Counted from the whole stretch's first letter, positions 12,806 through 28,260 are shown. The stretch is DNA of 63,414 bases, filler included, from Octopus bimaculoides (GCF_001194135.2; 6 parts of 5 records of this genome joined end to end with filler, not necessarily neighbours in it); one strand, 5' to 3'. Notes: generated by a model not told the origin, from the sequence alone. Numbers and translations: made by a program.

Positions 12806-13586
12806 CATCATTTAAGATCCGTTTTCTATGCTGGCATTGATCAGACGATTCGGTAGGAGCTGGCAAGTCAGAAGAGTACGCCATGTTACACTTTGTACTT
12901 TCGCATAGTTTCTATGACTGGATGCCCTTCCTAACGCCAGCCACTTTAGAGTGTATATATGTGTGTCTATGAGTGCGTGTATGTGTCTTTGTTTTAGTCC
13001 ACACGCAGTATGACAATCCGTGCTGGCTTCTTTATGTCCCCACCGTCTATCTGTTCAGCAACAGAGTTGGACACGCTACGTACAAGACTTGAAAAGAATA
13101 AGTACTGGGTGCGATGTGTTCTATTAAAGCCGCAGTCCAATGAGCGAAACAAATAAAAGACAGAAAAGAATAAGTCTTGGATAGAGACTGCCTATTATAA
13201 TTGTCTTGAATAAAACTTCACTTTTGCTCTACAGCATCCGCTAATATATAATCTCATAAATGATTTCTGCGATGACAGTTTTGCCGCCACAATCTATAAT
13301 TTTATCTTTTCCTTCTATTGTTTTAGAACATTTTCTGATTTAATTTAATCAAAATTTATTCTCGCTGTTTATTCCATTATTTCTCTACAAATTTACTTTA
13401 TTTCATTCAATCATTTTCTCATACGCTATCTCATTTTCTGTTTCATTCGTTCTCAGAATGTTTCATATCTTTTTTCTCCCCTTTTTCGTTTTCTCCCATA
13501 GAACTCTCGCATTTCTCTTTCACAGTATCTCTCTCTTTCTTTCTCTTACCCTCTGTATTTATCTCTCTACCCCTTCTCTGTCTGTC

Positions 13587-13672
<86 letters not shown>

Positions 13673-14384
13673 NNNNNNNNNNNNNNNNNNNNNNNNNNNN
13701 NNNNNNNNNNNNNNNNNNNNNNNNNNNNNNNNNNNNNNNNNNNNNNNNNNNNNNNNNNNNNNNNNNNNNNNNNNNNNNNNNNNNNNNNNNNNNNNNNNNN
13801 NNNNNNNNNNNNNNNNNNNNNNNNNNNNNNNNNNNNNNNNNNNNNNNNNNNNNNNNNNNNNNNNNNNNNNNNNNNNNNNNNNNNNNNNNNNNNNNNNNNN
13901 NNNNNNNNNNNNNNNNNNNNNNNNNNNNNNNNNNNNNNNNNNNNNNNNNNNNNNNNNNNNNNNNNNNNNNNNNNNNNNNNNNNNNNNNNNNNNNNNNNNN
14001 NNNNNNNNNNNNNNNNNNNNNNNNNNNNNNNNNNNNNNNNNNNNNNNNNNNNNNNNNNNNNNNNNNNNNNNNNNNNNNNNNNNNNNNNNNNNNNNNNNNN
14101 NNNNNNNNNNNNNNNNNNNNNNNNNNNNNNNNNNNNNNNNNNNNNNNNNNNNNNNNNNNNNNNNNNNNNNNNNNNNNNNNNNNNNNNNNNNNNNNNNNNN
14201 NNNNNNNNNNNNNNNNNNNNNNNNNNNNNNNNNNNNNNNNNNNNNNNNNNNNNNNNNNNNNNNNNNNNNNNNNNNNNNNNNNNNNNNNNNNNNNNNNNNN
14301 NNNNNNNNNNNNNNNNNNNNNNNNNNNNNNNNNNNNNNNNNNNNNNNNNNNNNNNNNNNNNNNNNNNNNNNNNNNNNNNNNNNN

Positions 14385-14422
<38 letters not shown>

Positions 14423-14535
14423 CGATCTATCTATCGCTCTATCTGTCTGTCCACTTAACTATCTGTCTATCTATATATCTATCTTTCTGTCTATCTATCT
14501 ATCTTTCTCTCTCTCTGTCTATTTATTTATATATA

Positions 14536-15053
<518 letters not shown>

Positions 15054-15596
15054 TATAACTTGCTCTCTGTCCATTTTGCTAGCTATCGTTCGATCTAATC
15101 TAGCTGTCATGTTTCATAATCTCCATACTTAGTTCTGTTAAACATCAGTCAGTTTCGTAACTTCTTTGAACCACTCGGTACATTACTATACTTCCTTTGA
15201 CTAAATCCCCTATTGTTTTGCCTTCGGTAATATATATCGCTCCACACTCCCGCCTGCATTCTCACATTGACATCCAATTAAGAATGTATCCAACACACTG
15301 CGTAAATTTTCAATTCAAGAACAATATGTTAACGTTGTACCTATTGCTTCTGAGTGTGGCTTATTTTAACAGCAGTATCTTCCTTTACGACACCCACAAA
15401 CAGGATGTGACACTTTCTGACCTCCAATAGCAATGGACGCGTCGCCATACTTTTCTTGTTGCTCCTCTGATGAATAGTGATCATGGCCTCACGAAAAGTC
15501 TGATATACGAAACCGATTAGCGAAATCTGTTGAAATGAATTTATGATACTCTATTGTATAGAATATGCATAGGTGTGTGTATGTATGTATGTATGT

Positions 15597-15633
<37 letters not shown>

Positions 15634-15643
15634 GATGTGAGTG

Positions 15644-15710
<67 letters not shown>

Positions 15711-16074
15711 GTGTGTGTGTGTTAATATTAATACTGTTACAAGCTTGCATAAATATATAGTTACATAATACACAAGATACACAGACATAGACACACATAG
15801 TTATATATAGACCTACATATACATACATATATATGTATATGAGTGTGTGTCTGTCTGTGTGCGTGCGTTTGTGTTTGTGTGCTGTGTATGAGTGTATGTG
15901 TCTGAGCATACAGACAAAAACACACGTACTTCTTATACTTCATATATAATTTCATATACAAACTTGATTACAACCAGAAATACATACAACCATAGCACTA
16001 TATATACACTCTTACTTTTATACATACACACACATGCACACACACAAACATATTCATACATGTGTGTGTATATC

Positions 16075-16138
<64 letters not shown>

Positions 16139-16765
16139 TACACACACACACACATACGTATATACACATAAATCCAAGTGTGCATACATTAATACATTAC
16201 CAAGATACACTCACGTATACGTATATACCTAATGCATAAAACAACACAACAGCATTCAGACATTCGCATGCACATACACATACACAGATATGATTTGTTT
16301 CAAAATCGACAGTCGAACAGATACAGAGAAAACATTTAATCGTAATCAGACAAAATTTAATGACTCCTTTTTATATCAAATATAAAATCTCAGTAGACAT
16401 AAATCCTTAATTTAATCAATATTCTCCATAAGTTCCACATTTTTCTTCAATTAGCGCTCGAATTACTGATTATGATTCAATCTAAACTACAGCTCATAAG
16501 TCTTTTAACCATTGCGACTTCGTTGTCGTTTCATTGCATTATAAGATAAGATATGTATGAGTGTCTTAAATTGGTGCTTGCAACGTCCAATATTATATTA
16601 CGTTGAAAATTTTAGTAGTTGATTCATTCATTCGTACATACATACATACATACATACATACATACATACATACATACAAATACATACATACACGCGCGGA
16701 GACAGAAACACACACACATATATATATATATAACATGTATGTATTTATTTTTTAATGTATTTTTG

Positions 16766-16858
<93 letters not shown>

Positions 16859-17610
16859 ACATATATATATTTATATATACTATATGTTTTTATATAAACA
16901 TTTATGTGTGTTTTCATATGTATATATTGTATATACTCAAGCACATATGCACACACTCGCGCACACACACACACACCTACAGACATACACACTCACACGC
17001 ACACACAGATACACATATGTACGTATACATATGGCAACAAACATATGCATCTTTCTGCGTGTATGTTTGAGTGTGGCTGTATGTAGTTGTTTATGTGAGA
17101 ATGTATATTGATTGGGGTTTTTTTTGACACGTGACCGCCAACATTACTACGTTAACATTTTTTTTTTTAATGTATTTATTGCTAAAATCTTTCTGTAATT
17201 TGTCCTTACTCCTTTACATTTTATTTTTGCAAGAGTAGATCTTTCTAAATCCATCGATATTTGAAGACTTTTCCGATCTTATCATCTCATCTATATGATT
17301 TTGTTGTGGTAGCAGTTTTAAGTGTTGTTATTTAATTATTGTAATTCAAATTCATGAGAATAATTGTACGTCTGTTATCTCGCTGGTTATCAGAACAGAT
17401 TAAATTTTCTGACCGTTGACATCAGGTTTCTCAGGCCAATCAATATGTTTATTGTGAGATCTGGTACACAGCATGCTGAAATACACGCATACATACACAT
17501 ACACAAATACACACATGCTTATACTTACACATACACACATTCCTGCACACAATCATAGAGCGACCGAGAGATAAATACACAGTTAGGTAGACAGATATAG
17601 AGAGAGCATA

Positions 17611-17730
17611 TATACAATTATACGTCCATCCATAAATATATATACAATTATACGTCCATCCATAAATATATATACAATCATATGTCCATCCATAAATATA
17701 TATACAATCATACGTCCATCCATAAATATA
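17611..17730. repeat. Minisatellite, 30 bp x4
   Basis: TATACAAT(T/C)ATA(C/T)GTCCATCCATAAATATA repeated four times. Confidence 0.95.
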
Positions 17731-19699
17731 TACAGGCATGCATACATTAGTACATATGGTGGGACATAGATATACCCAGTTGAATGGTATAAGTAAACCC
17801 ACTCATATGGGGAAGAATTACCGATCAACTGCTCGGAACATTCTAAAAGGATATAAAGATGGACTTCAGCCAAACTAAAAGTTATTTACAGATTGTAAAA
17901 CGGGGGAAACTACAAGCCAAAGTTGCAACATTTCTATCAAGGATGGCCTTTTTTTTTTTTTCGATAAAAGCTAAGAATGGATTAATATTTATTCTATATT
18001 GGATAAGGAAAAGGTAACTAGATAGTATTAACACTTCCAGGATTTTGTCCATACAATATATCAGTTACGTCCAATGTTAAGGTAGCTGGATTGAGCAACT
18101 TAAACAGAAATTTAGGGAAGAAATACTCATTATATCAGTAGAAACTTATCCATTCATATCCCATACATATTCTGTAAAGTGGAAAGTACCGACAGCATTG
18201 TCAGAAATATTGACCTTTCTTGGATATGTGATAGATATACATCCCACCTTGAACGGAATTTTTGTGTTTTGGGGGAGGAGGAGATAGCTACTAAATATCT
18301 GATCAGGAAAAGAGACAAGAAATACTTTGAAGCTCTGCTGTAACTAGAAAATATCGGTTGTGTATACCAACAGGGAAAGTATACTAAACATCATTCGAAG
18401 CTACCCAGAAATATTTGCGATGTATCGCTTTCCCACGACATTGTTGACAAAAGTATTTACAATCCTATCCACAGGAAGGATTGTTCTGATGGCCATAACA
18501 ACGTTATAGTGCAATCAAAATGCATCAACACTTATAAAAATAAGAAATATCGATGAAACATTTCTATAGCTCACCATTCCATTGCAAAAACAAGAGACTT
18601 GTAATGGTTCTATGGTCTCTACTGGATATAAATGCCTTCTCTATGGTTCTACGAAACAAAACAAAATCTATGGGGGACTTAGGAGCAATTACAACTCTTG
18701 GGTGCAAGCCATAGGTTCCTATTAGTCATTATCTTAGGTGTGCTTGACTCTCTATCAAGAGATTTATATAAAAGCCTGAAAATGTTGGATCTTTTCGTGA
18801 AAAAACAAATTCCTGTACGAAAGTGAAATTTACACACATTATGTATGTGCATATATATCCACGCTTACATCTACATATATGAACATACTAACTTATTCAT
18901 GTATTCGTATATCTCCAATAAAAACAAGCATACCTGACTAATTAGGTTATGTCTAAATTTCCAATGAAAGAGCAGTTTTGCTGGGTTAGAAAGGGGCTCT
19001 TTCTTGTTTGGTGAGGAAACGTTAAAATAATTCCAGAACCTCGTACATACATACATTACCAATACTCAACTCAACCAACTGGTATTGCTGAACAGGATAA
19101 AGTATGAACCGTCAGATGTACAACATTGAATAGATGTCATTGAAGGAGCAATTCCAAAATGGTGATGGCTGTAATGGCTAAACGATCAAAAGATTCTAAG
19201 AAACTAAATAAAAAATAAAACATATACATACAGATTCATATAATATACAATCCCCTACTATAACGCCTTTCACTTCTGAACATTAAGCATATTACCGCCA
19301 TCCACGCGCAAGCCACACACTTCACACTAGTCTTCCAATGCGAACTTAAGAATATCCTTTTGATATGAACAATACACTTACCCATTTTAAACAATACTTC
19401 AATTATACAATCAAAATATATATTCAAAAGGAAACATCACCGTGCATCACCCTGTCTATATATGAATAAATACACTATTAAAAGCTCCAACATACTAGAC
19501 AGCATGACCTTTCTTATTGTGACACATTTGTTTAATATTGCCAAGTCTGTCTCTAAAATAACTACGATGTTTCTTTAAAAGTACACCAGTTGTTATTAGT
19601 TGCTGACTCTGTTATAAACTCAAGTAGGAAGATACTGCTACGACACACAGAAACATTCATGACTGCATCCTGAAGACATGAATCCAGATCTTTTTTTTT

Positions 19700-19919
19700 T
19701 TTTCTTGTACTTGTTTCAGTTATTGGACTGCGGCTATGCTGGAGCACTGCCTTGAAGGATTTTAGTCGAATAAATCGACCACAGTACTTATTTTTTGATT
19801 ATGGTACACATATTTCATCGTTCTCTTCTGCCGAACTGCTAAATTACAGGGACGTAAACAAACTAACCGCGGTCGTCAAGCGATAAGGTCGAAGAAACAA
19901 ACAAACACACATACACGCC

Positions 19920-19996
<77 letters not shown>

Positions 19997-20153
19997 CGAA
20001 TTTCAATTTCTGTCTATCAAATCTATTCACAAGGCTTTGATAGACCAGGGTCTATATTAGAAGACGCTTGCGCACACTCTCATGCAGTGGGACTGAGCCC
20101 GGAACCATGTGGTTGAAAAGCAAACTTCTTACCACATAGCCACGCCTACGCCT
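19700..20153 (-). mobile_element. SINE family A copy with an expanded internal (GT)n
   Basis: cttgtttcagttattggactgcggc ... gggactgagcccggaaccatgtgg ... agccacgcct. Confidence 0.8.
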
Positions 20154-22503
20154 ATGTTAAATGTTGTTAAATATTGCTTCACTAACATGCAGATCCTGCG
20201 TTACACCCGACAGAAATTTTATGAAGTGCAACCTAAAGTACATCTTAAGTAAGGAAGTAAAAAAGGATACATTCAAAAAATAGTCGATGATATACAATCG
20301 AAACCAAAGGACGAGAATTCATTATTAGAATGCTTTTGATCACACATCTACTCGATCAAGGCTTATTGCTGGCATCCTTTTGTCTCGGGAGACAATGGAG
20401 TTGCGCATAAACTAATCAAGTCTGGTTTTTGCATTTCTTGTCCTCTCCAGTTTCCTCTCCAGTTTCCTCTCCAGTTTTGCGCAGGCCTGGGCTAGATGTA
20501 AGAAAATCCTGGGTAGCCCAATCGTCAGGATTCCTCTCTCGACTTTGCTGACGTAGTCGAAAGGAGTGCAGAGCATTACGTTTGGCACCAGCTTGGAAGA
20601 GTGTCGAGTCGAACACTAAACCGCCTACGGGGCTCCACTCCGGGTTTCTTTGAAGGTTGTCGCCTATCTGTAACCCTGGATAGGGGCCCATACCGGGTAC
20701 TGTCATCCGGAGCCAGCTGAGCCCGGGACTTGTGTCAAGCAGGGTCGTCACTCCCTGAAGTAATGAAGAAAATCGCTACCCACTACCTAAGTAGTGGATA
20801 GGCTGATCTGCACCTTTTCAGCAACTCACTAACACGGAGACACATAGTTTCGCATTTCTCTCTCTTCAACCACATCTATAACAGCTTCTACTCTTCTAAG
20901 CTAACTGAACAACTTTTCCCCCTAAGCTCCTCTTAAACACTCACATCTCTTATATTTCATGACTGCTACTGTTATTCGTCTCTCATATCTATTATTTAGC
21001 AATGTTAAACCATTACTAAATAATTAATCTCTAACTGAAAAGATCTCTCTGAATTATTCAAAGCCTTACATTTCCCCTTTTCTGTAGACATCGATCAACA
21101 ATTGTTCAAAATGGTTATCAACCGTATCGGATCGCTGTAACAATCAGTAGGAGTTGAGTCGCAAATGTCAAGGGCATTAACTCTGTAGACTATCTTAAAT
21201 AATACAATACAAAAACATAAATATTAATGTTCTGGATATTGCTCAGAATTTTCTAGATATTTACTGTTGAGGTTATAATTGATATTAATGTTACATATCA
21301 GTGAACGGTACTCTCACAAGTAATACATTCTCTCGCGTTCGTTATAATCCCGAAACGTTATTTTCGTCGTCATCATTTAGCAATAAGTTCAGCCATAATA
21401 GAGTATAGCTATGGTCGAAGGCTTTCTAGACGTGAGCATCTCGTCTATTTGTATATTTAGGACCACATAGTCCAGCATCTCTTTCTTTATTTAATGTAAT
21501 AAAAAATTAGGATTGAGGGTAATTTGACTGGTCGAGCGATGATGCACAGGGGGTCTCTCGATGAATCGCGCATTGAATCATAAATATACATGGTATGAAA
21601 GTGACAGTCTGAAGAAGTTACTGGAAGAGTTCGATCGCTGAACTACTCCTCTTTGAACCTGTACAATTAAAGCCGTATAATCCGAGTATCAGTATATCTC
21701 TCTGATATGCTCGTAGAATTCATGCTGCAGTATTTCTGTGGGAGCACGGCTATCAATTGAAATTGAAACTTGCTATACAATTAATGAATAAATTTCATAT
21801 ACATACATATACACACACACACATATATATATATGCAAATGTGTGTGTGTGTGCGTGCGTATTTGTGTGTGTGTATGCATGTCTATGTGAAAATGTGTGT
21901 GTGTGTCTGTGTCTGTGTGCATATGTGTATGTCTGAGACTTTCTGTGTGCCAGTTATTGTATGTGTTTGTACGTCTGAAGTGATAAAGAGAGAAAGAGAG
22001 AGGTGGGGGGCAGGGAGGAAAAGATAGACTGAGACAGAGAAGAGACTAAACTCTCACTTCAATAATTATGGTTTCGTACAAGCAAACGATGATGCCAAGA
22101 GTGCAATTCTCAGAAGAAGAAGATAAAAATAAATAAAAAAAACAAAACAGAAATGAACAAAAATTCTCGTGTTTTATATAATCTGTTAGGTATATTCTGT
22201 GCATTTCAGAAATTGTGGAATAAATGAAGCGAATATTGCAATATTAATCGGCAGAATGCTTCTGTAGAATAGATTGCAACTTTATCAAGTGTGATTTACT
22301 TTAGAATGAACGAAGGACGGTGTTGAAGATTGTATTTCACTTGTAACTAGTGTTGAGCTGGGAACTTCTGCAGCGGCTTCGTTTAAGTATGTAGACAGGT
22401 GGGGAGATCAGTAAGTTGGTGGTAAGTTGATAGGTTCAGGCATATATACATACAATGCACACACAAACATACAATCATAGACAGACTGGCAGATAGATAG
22501 ATT

Positions 22504-22540
<37 letters not shown>

Positions 22541-22640
22541 GGATACAAACTGACAAGCAGATTTGATGATAACGGTTATATTATGTATGTGCATGCTTCT
22601 CTGTGCATATGAATTTATATATATATGTGTACGGATGTAT

Positions 22641-22699
<59 letters not shown>

Positions 22700-22898
22700 C
22701 ACACAAACATACACACAAATAAAGATAGAAATATATATATGCATACGCAGATGAATTGATGAATGTATGTGTGTGTGTGTCTGTGTCTGTGTGTATACAC
22801 GTATGCAGGTCTATGTGCAAGTGTGTGTGTGTAACCATCTGTGTATGTCTGAGACTTTCTGTGTTCCAGTATTTGTATGCGTTTGTACGTCTGAAGAG

Positions 22899-22899
<1 letters not shown>

Positions 22900-22946
<47 letters not shown>

Positions 22947-23275
22947 CATACATACATACATACATACATACATACATACATACATACATACATAGATACA
23001 TACATACACACATACATACATACATACATACATACATACATACATACATACATACATAGGGAGAGAGAGAGAGAGAGATTTAGCTAATTATCAATTAGGT
23101 TAATTGTGTCAATTTCGCGAACGTGTAAATAGAGAGATGAAGGGGTGAGTAGGTAGGTAAATAGGTAGGTAGGTAGGTAGGTAGGTAGGCAGGCAGGTAG
23201 GTAGGTAGGCAGGTAGGTAGGTAGGTAGGTAGGTAGGTAGGTAGGTAGGTAGGTAGGTAGGTAGGTAGGTAGGCT
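22900..23275. repeat. (GA)n, (ACAT)n and (AGGT)n microsatellite cluster
   Basis: Read directly. Confidence 0.9.
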
Positions 23276-25150
23276 TGTCTGAAGATGAATGGAATTCATG
23301 CATGTATAAATGACTAAAGCTATTATTGTGGTTCCACATATGAAGGGACACGTATTTTGTCTGTACTAATTATATTTTAACCCCAGGTTAGTTCTGATCC
23401 AGCAGACCTATGATCAGGAACATTCCGTCTATGACCAGCACGACAAGGCACAGTGCAGAAAGGACCACCATCTGTCCCTTCTGAGAGAGATTCGGCAGCT
23501 GGTATTTCTAGCAGACCGAATGGCTGCGTTGATGAATTTGATGGGTACGTAGCAATACAAAGACAAATAAGGAGGAAGGTGTGAAGACATTTAAGTAGAT
23601 AGGACAGAATGTAGAGAAGTAGGTAGATAGGTGGGTAGGATGACTATGTAAGTAGATTATGAAATACTGAAAATCTCGACTTTATGAATAAGATCGATAG
23701 GTCATGAAAGAAATAGTTGGACACTATGACAAGTACATAAATATGATTAGTACTTATATAGTTAAGGCTAGGCTACAAATTGATTAGTTGAGAAGAGGCC
23801 CAAAAGATTAGACAGATTCCCATACTTATTTTGTCGTTGAACCGATAGATTTTTCGAATTCGCGAGATCCACTCCTATGTTTTCTAGACAAACCTCACCC
23901 CTCTAATTTTAATAAGATATTAAACAAAGCAAAAATTATCTGTAAAAAAGAATATTTATAACATCGTTTTGAAAATAGCAAATAGCATTTGTTTTCTAAA
24001 GTATATTTGTATAAAGTTTTACTAAAATACACCTTTCATCGTGGAACACTAGAATGTTTTGATGGAACCCTATGGTTTCTGGAAACACGACTTGAGAAGT
24101 ACTAGGATAATATATGACATTCTTTTTCTGTTGATTGTCACAAGATTAATCTGGATCGTACGACTCCATGAACAAAAGCATCACAGCTGTGCCTAACCAG
24201 GTTTTAGGGGTATGTTGGACTACAGGACCTAATATGTTCTTGCCCTATTTAATATAGTAAGATTTAGTTTGAACGAGACCTAACAGCTATTTCCAAGGAA
24301 TCAGGTATCCATATACAGGATCCCCCGTTGTTTCGGTACAGTATTAACAATACTTCCTCGCAGGTTATGTGTTAATATTCCTTTCTATTATCGGAACAAG
24401 GCGTTAAATCTTGGAGGGAGTGGCTGGTTGATTACATCGATCCCAATGCGAAACTGGTACTTATTTTATCCTCGAAAGAATGAAAGGCAATATTGGGCTC
24501 AGTACAATTTGAACTCGGATAGTAAAGACAGACAAAATACCGCTAAACATTCTGTCCAGCGTGCTAACGATTCTGCCAACTCACCGCCTTAAGGATCATA
24601 TGTTATTATGCTAACGGAGTCTTTTGAAGATCTAAGGTTATTCTATACATCAGCAAGCGAATTACCGTCTTCTCCGACAATATCAATTTCTCTGCAATAA
24701 ATACAGTGTCCATTTCTCCTCAACATTCTACACACTCCAAACACTTCACAGTATATCTACATAAAGTTCATGAAGAGAAACTTCGCAAACATCCAGCATT
24801 GGAGTCAGAGCAATTTTATCACCTATAATAGCAAAATTACACAATCACTACACATATCAAGAAAATATTGTCACACTTACCCACCATAAACATCAACAAC
24901 AAACAGGTGGAACTTTCTCCTGCCGAACGCACATCCTCAAAATAGCACAGCCTGCATCGCGATGACTGGTCAGAAAATAATTCAGCCTTCATCAACAACT
25001 AATTCTTCAAAAATCCGATGCGATCCACGACGGCGCACTTCACTCGCATTGGGGTGATATCACACTCATAAACATCCAAAGGTGTGGCGGAGCACTTATT
25101 AGTATGAAGTGTCACTCACCAACATATTCGAGTCTCAGTCCCAATGAAAT

Positions 25151-25239
<89 letters not shown>

Positions 25240-26972
25240 ACGTCTTCTATAGCTCCTGTTAAGGCCTCTGCACCTTGAAGCTGACTGCTCTCTTGCAATC
25301 TCCACACTCATACACTCCTGGATCACTTGCCTCTCTCCATCTTTTGTCATTCATATTGCATCCTCTCCCCTACCTGACCTCACTCTAAGCACAACGTTTA
25401 GTCCTTATTTCCCAAATCATCTTCTCTCTGGATTTCCATCCCTTTACTTGTTTTTCCCACTTGCAACTAAAGAAGAGGACCGGTTTCAGAGTGCCTTAAA
25501 TGATCATGGATGCATTTCCTATAAATCAAGCCAATAACAAAAATAAATAAGAATAATGTTGTTTCCGAGTATCAAGCATGTGTCCAGTGAAGGTTATAGT
25601 GAGTGTCGGTGATGGTAGTATTAGTGGGGAGGGGTATTTTAGATGGAATAGAGGTGCGTAGCTTAGTGATTAGCGTATTGCACTCATTAACGTAAGATTG
25701 TGGTTTCGATTCCTGAACCTGGCGATGCGTTGTTTTTTGTTTTTTTTTTAGCAAAGAACACGTCGCTCCAGTCTACTCAATCAGCAAAGATGAGTAGTCC
25801 TGCGACGGACCAGCGCCCTGTCCAGTGGTGGGTGCTGTGGAATAAGTATGCCGCATAATCCGGGAAACCGGTTTTATGGGGGAAACCGGCTCGGAGACGT
25901 TCCTTTGAGCTTTTGATCTTGTTCATTCTTGATGGCGGTAGTCTTGTTATTGTTATTGTTGTTTGTGGCCGTAGCAGTGGTAATGATGATACTGGTTGTA
26001 GTTATAGTTGTGGTACTGATGGTAGCGGTGGTAGCGACTGAGGTGGCAGTGTAGTGTTTGCGGGGGTATAAGTGGTAGTAGTTAAAATGATCACATTAGA
26101 TAACGATATGATTATGTGCAAAGAGATTTTGGTTAGTTCACTCTCTATTTGAAACCGGAATCCTGAAAGATTAATTGAACTGACAGAGAGAAAACACACA
26201 TACATGACATTCGACAAAACCTAGTGAAAGTCTTTTGTCAATAAAATTAGAAATTTATTCAGATTGTTTATCAATATAACTGAAATTCAAAGGAAGTGAA
26301 GAGGAAAGAAAAGGAAAGAAAATGTATGACCTAAAGACAAAAAGGGAAAGAGAAAGATATATAGAGAGAGGGGGGAAGCAACTAGATAGATATGAAAATA
26401 GAGTCATGTCCTAGGTTGAAGAGCGCGAAAATGAGAGAATATGGATTGATGAATGGAAGAATGAAGGAACGTAGAAGTAATAATATATGAAATAATTTAT
26501 TTACGAACGAAATACAAATGAATGAATGTATGTAATAATGAAACAATAAACAGATCTTTGAATGAGTGAGAGAAAATAGGGGTTGTTAAAGACATAAAGT
26601 AAAATCATAACAGACAACACAGCAAGCAGAATGAGAAAGGGAAAAGAGAAAAAAGGAAGAGAGAATGGAAAAAAGAAAGAAAGGATAGAAGGAATGAAGG
26701 AAGAAAATTAGAAAAACAATAAATAGAGAGAAAGAGAGGCAGGCAGACAGACAGGCAGACAAACAGATAGACAGGCAGGTAGGCTGACAGACGGGCAGGC
26801 AGACTAAGATACAGGCAGACTAAGAAACAGGCAGACAGCTAGGCAGATAGGCAGGCAGGTTCGGAGACAGACAGACAGACGGATAGATAGATAGATAGAT
26901 AGATATCTTTTTATTATAGCCACACAGGGCTAAATACAGAAAATGGACAAATTACAAAGTAGAGCTTTTGGG

Positions 26973-27072
26973 NNNNNNNNNNNNNNNNNNNNNNNNNNNN
27001 NNNNNNNNNNNNNNNNTTAATTAATTAANNNNNNNNNNNNNNNNNNNNNNNNNNNNNNNNNNNNNNNNNNNN
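26973..27072. other. Artificial 100-bp assembly spacer (44 N + TTAATTAATTAA + 44 N)
   Basis: The same 12-mer, which gives stops in all six frames, recurs between N runs at 27017, 46533, 52380, 58918 and 62152. Confidence 0.95.
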
Positions 27073-27203
27073 AAATATATATATATAAATAAAATATAAA
27101 AGATAAAAAATAGTATATATATAAAATTAAAATTATTCATATATACATATTTACAGACATTCACACACATATACACACCCATACATATATATATATATAT
27201 ACA

Positions 27204-27269
<66 letters not shown>

Positions 27270-28063
27270 TAGTTATTTATAAATATACTTATTTAATTTT
27301 TCTATTTTTAATTTTTCATTCTATTATTTTATTTATGATTGAGTCGCTTCAAACAATAACTTCCTCTGTACGTAACCAACTATAGGCAAATAACAAAATG
27401 TATCATAATCGAATTGAGCGAAAGCGGGTTTAAGGAGCGAGATTATTTTTGAAAAGTCACCCGAGGAGGTACATCTGTACCGAATGATGCACTACAATCA
27501 GTTGTACAGAATCTCACCCTATAGGGACCGATGCACGATGGGTCGAAACCATCGTGGTGATTAATAAAGAATCTCATGAATTCCATTTTCCTTTTATCTC
27601 ATATATATACTCGTATATATATANNNNNNNNNNATATATACACCGCGCGCTAACACACACACACATGTGTGTGTGTGTGTGTATTAGACATATTTTCATA
27701 AACAACAAAATGTAAATATCTGCAATACCACACTTGAAATGTACCTGTTATGACACTTTATCTCGATATATATATCCATGAAGGCATTTAGAATGCCCAG
27801 ACTTATTTCTGAAAATGTGCTAAGCACTGATGCTGATCATAGTTTAATCAATAAGCGTAGGATCGAGGTAAATGCAGTAAAAATAGGGAGGGTCGGTGGG
27901 GGCCTAATTAGGTGGCCCTTCAAAAAATCGAACCCCTTAGAACATTCCCTGAGATTAGGGAAGTTGATGGTTTGAGTTTCATTATCCTTGCACCAACGAT
28001 CTAAGAGGAGTTTACGAACATAAAAACATAAAGGACAGAGAAACATCACTCAAATTATATATG

Positions 28064-28260
28064 TTACTTGTGAATTACGGCTACCATTGGTTTCATATTA
28101 AGAAGAGTAGGAAAATATCCAAGCATCTTAACAATTTTTCAAGGCAATCACATGGAGAAAAGCTTTCTCCATGTGATCAGCTTGAAAAACTGTTAAAATA
28201 CTTGGATATTTTCATACTCTTCTTAACATGAAACCAACGGTAGCCTTAATTCACAAATAA
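28064..28260. repeat. Long inverted repeat (97-bp arms, 3-nt loop)
   Basis: Hand alignment of 28064-28160 against the reverse complement of 28164-28260 gives 11 mismatches and no indels. Confidence 0.9.

Noticed and set aside
13255-13300. Minus-strand CGGKTVIAEII, resembling a helicase Walker A motif
   Set aside because: Very short, no splice context, and followed by a stop.
15455-15525. CTGATGA...CGAAA hammerhead-like pair on the plus strand
   Set aside because: Stem II is out of register and there is no stem I partner.
17900-18830. Possible decayed L1-like zinc-knuckle region (ESILNIIRSYP)
   Set aside because: Too degraded to support a call without a database search.
24650-25120. Possible decayed LINE 3' end
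   Set aside because: Only a vague motif resemblance, with many stops.
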